This document shows, piece by piece, positions 40,775-49,062 of a stretch of DNA of 64,000 nt. Both the position numbers and the translations under genes were made by a program. This DNA comes from a virus, in the IMG/VR virus record IMGVR_UViG_3300028802_000007, positions 32,001-96,000 of that record; one strand, 5' to 3'. The number at the start of each line of letters is the position of its first letter. The first letter of the stretch is position 1. The notes under the pieces were generated by a model. The model had not been told where the DNA came from, searched no databases, and was given only the letters and a program-made list of their open reading frames with translations.

Positions 40775-41562
40775 CGGAACTCAGCCGACTCACGCCACAT
40801 GACGTGCGGCTCCCAGCCGGGCACGTCGTTGCGGGCGACGTAGTAGGGGGCGTCACCGTAACGCTTCGGCCCGTGACTGAACTTCAGGCCCAGATGGAGA
40901 GCGATCTGGAGGACCGACACGGCGTTCATCTCCCCACCGCCCACGTCCCACGTCTTGTTGCTGTAGGTCCCGAAGTCATCGATCTGGAGGAGCATCAGGC
41001 GGACGTAGTCGCTGACGTGGAGGAGGTCGCGCATGGCCGATCCGTCGCCGTTGATGACGACCGGCAGACCCTCCGCCCGGGCCTTGCAGAACCACGCGAT
41101 CCAGCCGGAGTCCTCGCTACCCTCCTGCCCGGGCCCGTAGACGGTGCCGGGCCGGTTGATGATGAGCGGAACGTCGTAGGCCGACTCGTGCTCCTCTGCC
41201 CACAGCTCGACCATACGCTTGGCAGCACCGTACGGGGTCATGCCGTCAGCGGCCTTGCAGGAGCTCGTCAGGAGGACGGGGATGTTGCCCTCGCGGGCGG
41301 CGTCGAGCATGTTCGCCGCCGTGACCACCGTGTCGTTGAAGGTGCCCATCGGGTCCTTGACCGAGCCCGGCGTGGAGCACACCGACGCGAGGTGGACGAT
41401 GACGTCGGGCCCGAAGGCGGCGACCAGCAGCGTGGCGCTGTGGTGGGCGAGGTCGAAGCCGTCCTTCTTGTCGAGACCGAGAACGGTGTCGCCGCGCCCC
41501 TCGAGAGCCCGCACCAGATGCTTCCCGATGAAGCCAGCCGAGCCGGTGACGAGGACCCTCAC
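40771..41562 (-). CDS. NAD-dependent sugar epimerase/dehydratase (extended SDR)
   Basis: TGSAGFIG, YGAAK, VYGPGQ, GDGSAMRDLLHV. Confidence 0.92.
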   Translation of the reverse strand: MRVLVTGSAGFIGKHLVRALEGRGDTVLGLDKKDGFDLAHHSATLLVAAFGPDVIVHLASVCSTPGSVKDPMGTFNDTVVTAANMLDAAREGNIPVLLTSSCKAADGMTPYGAAKRMVELWAEEHESAYDVPLIINRPGTVYGPGQEGSEDSGWIAWFCKARAEGLPVVINGDGSAMRDLLHVSDYVRLMLLQIDDFGTYSNKTWDVGGGEMNAVSVLQIALHLGLKFSHGPKRYGDAPYYVARNDVPGWEPHVMWRESAEFR

Positions 41563-42482
41563 TTGAGCTGGAGGTGGTCAGCGAGGTAGGTGCGGAAGTA
41601 CGCGACGGTCCTCTCCACGCCGATCTCGAGGGGCAGCAACCCGGCGGCGGAGATGCCAAGGGGCTCGAGGGTCGTCGGGTCACCGAGCACGACGGAGTGC
41701 TCCCCCTCGCCGGGACGCATCGGGAGGTGGACGATGTCGGCCACGACGCCAGCCTGGTCCGCGACCTCGCCTGCGACGAGGTGGGCGATGTCGTTGACGG
41801 TGGTCCGCCTGCCGGTGCCGGCCTCGAACGTGCCTGACGCACCATCGGTGGCGGTCTTCTCGAGGGCGGTGACGAGGATGTCCGCCACGTTCCCGACGAA
41901 GATCATGTCCATGATCTGGAGCCCGTCGCCATAGATCTCGATCGGCTCGCCGGACAGGGCCCGGCAGACGAAGGAGGGCATGACCTTGCGGACGCGGGAG
42001 GGGCCGTAGGGCTGGGCGGCCACCTGTCGGGGCCCGTAGGCGTTGAGGGCCCGGACGACCGAGACACGGGAGCCACGGTACTTCGCGTACATGTCCGCGA
42101 ACCGCTCGACCGTGTTCTTGGTGATGGAGTAGGTGTTGTTCTCCCAGTAGTTCCCGACGGCGATGTTTACCAGCGGGACGTCGTACTCGTTGCAGGCCTC
42201 GAGGACGTTGAGGCCGCCGAGCACGTTCGTGTGGGCAGCAGGGCGCGGGTTGGCGATGGTCTCCTGGGTCCCCAGCACACCGCCGAGATGGATGACGCCT
42301 TCCGCGTGCGCCACGGCTTCGTTGACCGCCACCTCATCCCTGATGTCACCAAGGAAGACCTCGTAGGGAGAGTCGCGACGGATGTGGTCGAAGACGACCA
42401 CCTCGTAGCCCCGGGCCTTCAGCTCCTCGCAGACGTAGCCGCCGATGAAGCCGGAGCCGCCCGTAACCAGAACACGCTTCAC
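41559..42482 (-). CDS. NAD-dependent sugar epimerase/dehydratase (extended SDR)
   Basis: TGGSGFIG, YSITK, NAYGPRQ, YGDGLQIMD. Confidence 0.92.
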   Translation of the reverse strand: MKRVLVTGGSGFIGGYVCEELKARGYEVVVFDHIRRDSPYEVFLGDIRDEVAVNEAVAHAEGVIHLGGVLGTQETIANPRPAAHTNVLGGLNVLEACNEYDVPLVNIAVGNYWENNTYSITKNTVERFADMYAKYRGSRVSVVRALNAYGPRQVAAQPYGPSRVRKVMPSFVCRALSGEPIEIYGDGLQIMDMIFVGNVADILVTALEKTATDGASGTFEAGTGRRTTVNDIAHLVAGEVADQAGVVADIVHLPMRPGEGEHSVVLGDPTTLEPLGISAAGLLPLEIGVERTVAYFRTYLADHLQLK

Positions 42483-42581
42483 AAGATCTCCTCAGGCGTG
42501 ACGGCCTTGAAGGGTAGTGGGGCCGAGTCGCATTGACAGGTTGTCTAGACCGCCGGGAAACCACCCGGCCCCGGAGTGAGT

Positions 42582-42962
42582 TTAGACGGCGATGGAGTTG
42601 ACCACACCGCTGATCGCGGCCACGTCGGCCTCGAGCTGGGCGATGATGGCCGGATCGACCGCATCTGCGGTCAGCAGGGCGATCTGCGCGTTGAGGTCGT
42701 CCACGGTCGCCTGGAGAGCGGCTGTGGCATCAGCAGCGGCAGCAGCCGCGTCAGCAGCAGCGGCGGCGTTGGCTTCGTCCCGGGCCTTGGCCGCGTCGGC
42801 GTCGGTCGTGAGGGTTGCGACAGCAGAGACCAGGGTATCCGTAACGGCCATGAGTTCCTCCAAGTGTTTCTCGATCCGGCGGAGTCGGTGTCGGATGATC
42901 TCATCCTCGTCCTCGTCGCCGTCCACGTCGATGTTGATATTGATGTCGCGGTCGTCGGTCAT
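42582..42962 (-). CDS. Ala/Asp-rich coiled-coil protein
   Basis: Composition. Confidence 0.5.
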   Translation of the reverse strand: MTDDRDININIDVDGDEDEDEIIRHRLRRIEKHLEELMAVTDTLVSAVATLTTDADAAKARDEANAAAAADAAAAAADATAALQATVDDLNAQIALLTADAVDPAIIAQLEADVAAISGVVNSIAV

Positions 42963-43076
42963 GCGGGCCTCGGGAGGGGGTAGTCGGGAGACCAGTGCGT
43001 TTCGCCTCACCGATAGAGGCCTCCGGCTGGGCTGAGGACCAACCAGAAGTTGCGTGGGTCTCCCGACCCCGAAAGA

Positions 43077-43346
43077 CTACTCCTCGTCAGGGGCCTTGAT
43101 GGTGAACTTCTTGGTGGCGAGATCCTTCTCGCCATCGGTGAAGGCCACCTCGAAGTCACCGTTCTCGAGGACCTGGAACTGGCCCTCCTGCACGGCGGCC
43201 CCGACCCGGCTGGTGCCGGAAGAACCGGGCCCCTCGACGCGGAACCAGAGCTCACCCTCGACGTCGCCGTCGTAGGTGAAGGTCAGGAAGTCGAAGACCT
43301 TGGCGGACTTGAGGTCCGTCTCGGACGTGATCTTGCCCTTCGCCAT
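43077..43346 (-). CDS. Hypothetical protein
   Basis: MAKGKIT... preceded by GAGG. Confidence 0.55.
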   Translation of the reverse strand: MAKGKITSETDLKSAKVFDFLTFTYDGDVEGELWFRVEGPGSSGTSRVGAAVQEGQFQVLENGDFEVAFTDGEKDLATKKFTIKAPDEE

Positions 43347-43348
43347 GG

Positions 43349-43840
43349 CTACGCCTCGTCGTAGGAGTAGTTCACCGTCTGCTGAGTCCAGTTTCCCGGG
43401 CCGGCAGTGGCGTCCACGCGGAGCTGGAGGACCAAGTACTTGGTGTACACACCAGTCTGGCCTGCCGTGAACTGCTGAACGTCCCACGTCGCCTTGTTGC
43501 CGGTGGTGAACGTGGTGGCGTTGGTGTTGGCGATCGTCGAGGTGGCCGTGGTGCCCAGCTGGTACGTCACATAGGCCCCGGTGAAGTTGAACGTCGTGGA
43601 CGTGTCCACGGTGCTGTTGAACCACACCTTGAAGCTCTGGACGTAGTTGGCCGGGGTCGCGGTGACCTTGAGCCTGATCCACTTCTCGTACGAGTTGGTG
43701 CCAACGGTGATGGGGTTGGCCTGACGGTTAGCCAGGGTGTTGGTGGCGTTGTCGGCGGACTCGAGGTCCACGCCCGCGACCGAGTCGGTGACGGTAGGCG
43801 TGGAGCCGTTCGAGACGCTGACCACAAGAGTTGCGGCCAT
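43349..43840 (-). CDS. Thr-rich putative structural protein
   Basis: AAGGA RBS; beta-rich; ends YSYDEA. Confidence 0.55.
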   Translation of the reverse strand: MAATLVVSVSNGSTPTVTDSVAGVDLESADNATNTLANRQANPITVGTNSYEKWIRLKVTATPANYVQSFKVWFNSTVDTSTTFNFTGAYVTYQLGTTATSTIANTNATTFTTGNKATWDVQQFTAGQTGVYTKYLVLQLRVDATAGPGNWTQQTVNYSYDEA

Positions 43841-43850
43841 GTTCGTCCTT

Positions 43851-45209
43851 TCAGTCAGTGTTCCCCGTCAGGACGGGCTCGATGGCGTCAGCCTTTGATG
43901 TCGGCTTGCCCTCACCCGCAGCGGGCTGCTGGTCGATACCCGTGACTTCACGGGCGCTGGCGACCTCATCGATGGCGACCACACCAAGAGGCGTGTTCGC
44001 CATGAGGCGGTTGTAGGGGTTGTTGGGATCGATCGGATCTCCGAGCGGGAGACGGCCTTCGTCCAACCGCGCCTCGTTCACCGGCTTCCAAGGCATGCCT
44101 GCGAGCGCCAACTTGTTGATGTTGGCCTTTGACATGGACTCCTTGATATTGAGCCGGGTGAAGCGGAACGCCAGGTTGTTGGCCGACCCTCCAAAGCTCT
44201 TGTCCCACACGATCTCACGCGTGAAGTAGTCCTGGATGAGCGCGAGCAGGGGCCGGAGGCCCTGATCCTCGCTCATCTCCTGCTGGACTTCCCCGGTGGC
44301 ACGGTTCACGTCGAACGTGACACCGATGTCCTGAGGGCTGATGAGGTACACCGCGCAGATCTTCCGCACGAGGTACTTCAGCCATTCGTCGTACTGCATA
44401 TCGCGGTTCGACGGTCTGAATGGGATGAACTTCGCGCCCTTGGTGCCGCCCAGGAAGCCGAGTGCGCTGCGACCGGCGATTTCCGCCCGCCAGTAGGACT
44501 GGAAGGCCTCGACCTGGTCAGGCCGGGCTCCCTCGCCAAGATCGAACAGGCCGTCGGGAGCGGACTGCTCCACCTGACGGCGGTTGTACTGCGACCCTGT
44601 GACCTCTGCGTCGATGGTCATCTTGAGGGTCTCGAGCGGCGACAGGCCGAGCACCGAGTAGGTGCGCGGGTTCGCCATGATGTACATCATGTCGTCGTTC
44701 TTGAAGGCGATCTCCGTCTCCGGCACCGGCACCCACCAGTAGCGCGTCTCGCCGGGGCTGCCGTCCCACCGTGCGTTGACCTTGATGCGGGCCCCGTCCA
44801 CGGCGTGGAGGCCAGCAATCTGGCCGCCCAGGGTGCGTTCCTTCTCGATGACGCCTGCATCGAGCACGAGGATGTCCTCGATGATGGGCTCGACCCACGA
44901 GCGGAAGCTCTCGACCATCATGTTGGGCGAGATGAACCGGTCGCGGATCTCCGCCTTGAGCGACTCGCTGACGTCCTCTTGGCCGTCGAACGGGACGATG
45001 TCCCACTCGGCGGAAGAGACCTGTGCCTTGCGGATGCTGATGGCGGCCCGCACCCACTCTGAGTGCTCAGCCCAGTTGCGGAAGAGGGCGGACGTGGACT
45101 TCATGACCTTGCCGCGCTCTTGGAAGACGAAACCCCCGCCCGGCGAGGCAGGGATCGTCTTGGGGCTCGTCCTGTACGAGCGTGTGATGAGGTCGCTGAT
45201 GACGCCCAT
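43851..45209 (-). CDS. Portal protein (HK97 family)
   Basis: GLSPLE, DMQY.EW....RKICAVY.ISPQDIG, VNEARL; follows TerL. Confidence 0.92.
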   Translation of the reverse strand: MGVISDLITRSYRTSPKTIPASPGGGFVFQERGKVMKSTSALFRNWAEHSEWVRAAISIRKAQVSSAEWDIVPFDGQEDVSESLKAEIRDRFISPNMMVESFRSWVEPIIEDILVLDAGVIEKERTLGGQIAGLHAVDGARIKVNARWDGSPGETRYWWVPVPETEIAFKNDDMMYIMANPRTYSVLGLSPLETLKMTIDAEVTGSQYNRRQVEQSAPDGLFDLGEGARPDQVEAFQSYWRAEIAGRSALGFLGGTKGAKFIPFRPSNRDMQYDEWLKYLVRKICAVYLISPQDIGVTFDVNRATGEVQQEMSEDQGLRPLLALIQDYFTREIVWDKSFGGSANNLAFRFTRLNIKESMSKANINKLALAGMPWKPVNEARLDEGRLPLGDPIDPNNPYNRLMANTPLGVVAIDEVASAREVTGIDQQPAAGEGKPTSKADAIEPVLTGNTD

Positions 45210-45430
45210 TAGCCCAGCTTTCGGAAGTGCGCCGCGACGAAGTCCGCTCCAGCCTCGTTGAGGTGGTTGGCTTCCATCTGACGGTTCGCGGCGGTGATGG
45301 CCTCGTCGTATGTCATCGTGTGGGTCTCGATCTGGGCCATGATGTTGGCGAGGTACGCAGGCACGAGGCGCGTGCCGTCGCGGAACTCGACCTCGGTCTT
45401 CTGGCCCGGGAACACTAGGCCGTCTTCCAT
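45209..45430 (-). CDS. Hypothetical protein
   Basis: Lies between TerL and portal. Confidence 0.5.
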   Translation of the reverse strand: MEDGLVFPGQKTEVEFRDGTRLVPAYLANIMAQIETHTMTYDEAITAANRQMEANHLNEAGADFVAAHFRKLG

Positions 45431-46941
45431 GACACCTTCCCGGTCTTGTTCATGGAGCCGAAGAAGAAGCCCTCCGACGTGAGGTCCATCGAGTAGCCCA
45501 GAGCGTCCACGAAGTCGTCGTGGCCCTTGGGGAACGACAGGAGCTCCGTCTCGAAGGCCGATCCGCGCAGGCTGATGTGGTGCTTGACCTTGTGGGCCTC
45601 GTACTTGGCCGCCACCCCTCGAGCTCGCGTCGTCTTCTCTCCGTCGGCCTTGCGTCCCTCAATCGGGATGTGCGGGTACTCCTCCATCGTGTTGTGGATG
45701 ATGGTGCTCTGGGCCTGCACGCTCTCCACGATCACCAGCCCGATGTTGGGGAAGGCCCGCCAGCCGTCGAGGATGAACTCGACGTGGTGGCTCTCGCGCT
45801 TGTCGCGGTAGGCTGACAGGACGTAGAAGAAGCCCCTGTTCGGGCAGCCGGCCTGGCAGGCGTCCTCGGCGGTCGTCGCCCGGGCTGTGAAGTCGGCCCG
45901 CTCGCGGGCGCTGAAGGCGAGGTCCACGCCCATGCGGAGGTTGTAGGTATGACCCTCTGGGAGCGTCTCAAAGTGCTCGAATGGGCCCTTGAAGATGTTG
46001 CCCTCGAGAAGCCCCGAGATGTCGTTCTGGTACGCGCACGAGAACAGCGCCGAACCCATCTCCTCGCGTTCACGAAGGAGGCGCTCGACCGGCCAGTACT
46101 CGGGCCAGTAGGACTTGAGGTCCCCCTTCTCGTCGGGCTGAAGCGCCGATACCACATGGCTCTCCCAGCCGAAACCGCCCTGAGCCGTCGGTGTGAAGAA
46201 CTGCTCGTACAGGTCCGCTTCACCCCACCGCGTGCCGATGACGATGACCACCCCGTCAGGGGCTAGGCAGGGCTTGAGCGTCTTCTTGAACCAGGTCTCG
46301 ACCGCCTCTCGCTGATCCACGGTCTGGGTGTTCTCCTCATCGAGGATGTCGTCCATCAGGATGATGTCGAAACGCTTGCTGATGATGGCCCCGCCCACGC
46401 CGACGGCGAAGCACGAGACGTCCTTGCTGCCGTGCCACCGGGAGCCTGAGCGCAGCCACTCCTTGTCGGTCCACTTACTGGCGGAGGGCCCGCACTCGGG
46501 GAAGATGTCCTTGTGGGCCGCGTTGGCCTCGTAGGTGTACTTGATGGCCCGGCTGAAGTCCTTGCCCTGCATGTCGGTGTTGGACACGAGGCCGACCCGC
46601 AGATCGGGGTACTTGGCGACCAGCCACGCCAAGAGGATGGTGTTGTTCCACGTCGTCTTGGCACCGCCTCGCGGCAGCAGCCACACGCCGTGGCTGCGGG
46701 CGTAGATGGCCTCGAGCGTCTGGCTGACCATCGCCCGGTGGTGGGCCGCCGGGAGGTAGCCGAAGACGGCCTCGCCATAGGCGAAGACCGCGTCTGGTCC
46801 GTCAGTTCGTGCGAGTTCTCTCAACGCGTGGGAGCGGAGAGCGTGCCACGTCTCCGGGGTCAGCTCCGCGCCCTCGAGAAGCTTCGACAAGGGCTCTGAG
46901 GAACTCGGGATCGTTTCCGGTAGAGGAGAGGCTGATACCAA
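45415..46941 (-). CDS. terL: Terminase large subunit
   Basis: PRGGAKT Walker A, ILMDD Walker B, IGTRW, GVDLA, FPKGHDDFVDAL. Confidence 0.95.
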   Translation of the reverse strand: MVSASPLPETIPSSSEPLSKLLEGAELTPETWHALRSHALRELARTDGPDAVFAYGEAVFGYLPAAHHRAMVSQTLEAIYARSHGVWLLPRGGAKTTWNNTILLAWLVAKYPDLRVGLVSNTDMQGKDFSRAIKYTYEANAAHKDIFPECGPSASKWTDKEWLRSGSRWHGSKDVSCFAVGVGGAIISKRFDIILMDDILDEENTQTVDQREAVETWFKKTLKPCLAPDGVVIVIGTRWGEADLYEQFFTPTAQGGFGWESHVVSALQPDEKGDLKSYWPEYWPVERLLREREEMGSALFSCAYQNDISGLLEGNIFKGPFEHFETLPEGHTYNLRMGVDLAFSARERADFTARATTAEDACQAGCPNRGFFYVLSAYRDKRESHHVEFILDGWRAFPNIGLVIVESVQAQSTIIHNTMEEYPHIPIEGRKADGEKTTRARGVAAKYEAHKVKHHISLRGSAFETELLSFPKGHDDFVDALGYSMDLTSEGFFFGSMNKTGKVSWKTA

Positions 46942-47374
46942 GGTTTCGCTCCTCGGAGATGGTTGACGGCTTGCCGAAGAGGACCTGGAGACGGTCGATC
47001 AACTGCGCTACGTCTTGGGGTCGGATGACGACGAGCGGCTCTTCGACCCACTGGCCGTTGCGCTCGCGGGTGACGGTCCGCTTCATGTCGGAGCGCATCT
47101 TGCTGATGGCTTCATCGATGGCGTCGATGGCGTTGTCGCGGACCTTGACCTCTTTGGCGATCCGCCGGCCCTCGTCGTCAGCGAGGAGGGTCATGGCCTT
47201 TGACTGGGCGCGATCGCGGTAGTCCTCGCGCTTCTTGGCCCAGCCGCGCTTCTTGGACGCATCCATGATCATCGAGTGGGTGGACATGCCGTGGGAGTCC
47301 GCCAACTCGCGGAGGCTCATCTCACCCTGGATGTATTCGAGCTCGAGAGCGTCGTAGTCCCACTTTCGGTTCAA
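46802..47374 (-). CDS. terS: Terminase small subunit
   Basis: N-terminal HTH (EYIQGEMSLRELADSHGM...W); directly upstream of TerL. Confidence 0.75.
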   Translation of the reverse strand: MNRKWDYDALELEYIQGEMSLRELADSHGMSTHSMIMDASKKRGWAKKREDYRDRAQSKAMTLLADDEGRRIAKEVKVRDNAIDAIDEAISKMRSDMKRTVTRERNGQWVEEPLVVIRPQDVAQLIDRLQVLFGKPSTISEERNLGISLSSTGNDPEFLRALVEASRGRGADPGDVARSPLPRVERTRTN

Positions 47375-47706
47375 CGGATCTCCCTCGTCACCATGCCCGA
47401 CGAACCGGGGATGGAGACCACGACTTCAACGATGCGGGGGTGCTCGAGGAGGAGGCGCTCGCAGATCCACGCCGCGATGCCGTCCAGACGCTCAGAGCCG
47501 CCATAGAGCATGTCCGACAGGGTATGGAGGTGCAGCGTGCGGGTGGTCGAGTACAGGTCGTCGTACAGCGTCAGGCATGGCCCGGCTAGGTCTGCGACCT
47601 CATCGACGGTGACGGTGAAGGTGTGGCCGTGGAGGTGCGGCCCCTCGCGCTCCGTGTCCCGGTGGGTGGAGTCGAAGGTGACCGTGGCGCGGGCGGTGGT
47701 GATCAA
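47371..47706 (-). CDS. QueD/PTPS-like T-fold protein
   Basis: FDSTH...LHGHTFTVTV Zn-binding His triad; TTG start after GAGG; the catalytic Cys is not present. Confidence 0.75.
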   Translation of the reverse strand: MITTARATVTFDSTHRDTEREGPHLHGHTFTVTVDEVADLAGPCLTLYDDLYSTTRTLHLHTLSDMLYGGSERLDGIAAWICERLLLEHPRIVEVVVSIPGSSGMVTREIR

Positions 47707-47725
47707 GTTGCCCTCAGAACACACG

Positions 47726-47764
47726 AAAAAAGGGACGGGCCGACCATTGCTGATCGACCCGTCC
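47726..47764 (-). terminator. Intrinsic terminator
   Basis: GGACGGGTCGATCA-GCAA-TGGTCGGCCCGTCC followed by CTTTTTT; the GNRA loop and two G-U pairs work only on the minus strand. Confidence 0.85.
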
Positions 47765-47845
47765 ATTCGGGAACCGGAACTCGCTGCGACCTGTCTGCTG
47801 GAGGTCAACCAAAAGAGCAGGGGGCGCGAGTCGGTAAGACCCTAT
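47726..47845 (-). ncRNA. Candidate small RNA with anti-RBS loop (UGGUUGACCUCC)
   Basis: Intergenic long hairpin (ACCG/CGGT, ACTCGC/GCGAGT, CTGCT/AGCAG) followed by a terminator; the loop is complementary to the repeated GGAGGTCAACCA. Confidence 0.6.
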
Positions 47846-47888
47846 TCAGTTGTACCACGCGCACAGTACAGGGCGCGTGCTCTGTTTG

Positions 47889-48167
47889 CTAGGTGTCCCG
47901 GTCGTCTTCAGGGACGTTTGTGTCGATGAAGCGGTCGGTTTCGACGGAGTAGCGCCAGTCGATCGTGTACGCGGCAGGCGGCAGGAGGGTCACCGATCCG
48001 TCCGCCAAGACGACCACCGCCAAGAGTGTTTTGGCGGGTGGTCGCTTTTGACTATCGAACTGTTCGAGCGTGAAACCCAGAAGCATCCCGACCGGGTGGT
48101 CGGTTTCGACCGGATAGCGGTCGGGTCGGAGGGTCACCCGGAGCGGTTCATCGAAGAGAGCTGTCAC
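47889..48167 (-). CDS. Hypothetical protein
   Basis: GTGA-coupled ORF. Confidence 0.55.
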   Translation of the reverse strand: MTALFDEPLRVTLRPDRYPVETDHPVGMLLGFTLEQFDSQKRPPAKTLLAVVVLADGSVTLLPPAAYTIDWRYSVETDRFIDTNVPEDDRDT

Positions 48168-48535
48168 ATCTTCCCCTTGATGGTGAACGTGCCCTTGTCC
48201 ACCTTGTAGACCTTGTTCTTGTTGCTGAAGGACGTCACGTCCATGAAGTCGCGCTCGAACTCGATGGACACGATCTTGTCGGTCGAGATGACCAGCACGT
48301 CACGATTGGGCATCTGGATCGTGATCAGCGTTGGCGGCTCGTTCACGCTGATAGGCGAGGACTCGAGCTCGATGTGCCGCTTTGGCTTCTGCGATGGCGC
48401 GAACGTCAGACTCGTCGGGGACGGCGAGATGCGGAGCGAGTCCCGCAGGGCGTTCGACTCTCGCGTCGTGAAGCCACGACCCTTTGAAGTCCGCCCAGAT
48501 CTGGACTCCGCAGACTTGGCACTTCGAGGAGCCAT
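48164..48535 (-). CDS. Hypothetical protein
   Basis: In-operon ORF. Confidence 0.45.
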   Translation of the reverse strand: MAPRSAKSAESRSGRTSKGRGFTTRESNALRDSLRISPSPTSLTFAPSQKPKRHIELESSPISVNEPPTLITIQMPNRDVLVISTDKIVSIEFERDFMDVTSFSNKNKVYKVDKGTFTIKGKM

Positions 48536-48538
48536 GGC

Positions 48539-48751
48539 TCACCTGATCCCCGCGCACCTGGCGCACAGCAGGGGGCTCTTGATGATGTCGCCCAGGCCGA
48601 CGTAGTACAGGACCCGGCGGTTCTCGCAGGCGGAGCACTTCCCCCGGTGCTCCCTGTTGAGGCTGATGGACACGGTCATGGTCAGCGGCCCCCAGTTGGT
48701 GCTGACCGGCGACAGACCGGCGGGGACCTGGCCGGGCGCTCCGACAATCAC
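48539..48751 (-). CDS. Small zinc-finger protein
   Basis: CSAC...CARC. Confidence 0.5.
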   Translation of the reverse strand: MIVGAPGQVPAGLSPVSTNWGPLTMTVSISLNREHRGKCSACENRRVLYYVGLGDIIKSPLLCARCAGIR

Positions 48752-49050
48752 GCCTTCACCCTCGTCTTGCTGCTCTTGCGCGGGGCGGGCTTGGGCACCG
48801 CCCGGACCGGGTTGTAGGGGATGGCTGCCGGAGCTCCGGTCGCGGTCGTGATTGTCGTAGTCCCACTGGTGAAGCTATGCGTCTGCTCCAGCGGGGTGGC
48901 TGACGTGAACTTGACCTGTGGTCCCGCGATCGCTTCGCGGGCCGCATGGGCCACGAACGACGACACGCTCATGCCGTGGTCGAGGCAGTAGTGACGAAGC
49001 GATTTCCAGTCCTCGTCGTCCAGGTAAAAACTATGCTGACGGACAGTCAC
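48748..49050 (-). CDS. Ribbon-helix-helix DNA-binding protein
   Basis: HSFYLDDEDWKSLRHYCLDHGMSVSSFVAHAAREAI fits the RHH pattern. Confidence 0.65.
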   Translation of the reverse strand: MTVRQHSFYLDDEDWKSLRHYCLDHGMSVSSFVAHAAREAIAGPQVKFTSATPLEQTHSFTSGTTTITTATGAPAAIPYNPVRAVPKPAPRKSSKTRVKA

Positions 49051-49062
49051 AGGCCGTCCTCC

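Noticed and set aside
47710-47880. preQ1 riboswitch upstream of the QueD-like gene
   Set aside because: I could not find the preQ1-I pattern (short stem, GUUC..C loop, A-rich tail). The loop is better explained as antisense to the RBS motif.
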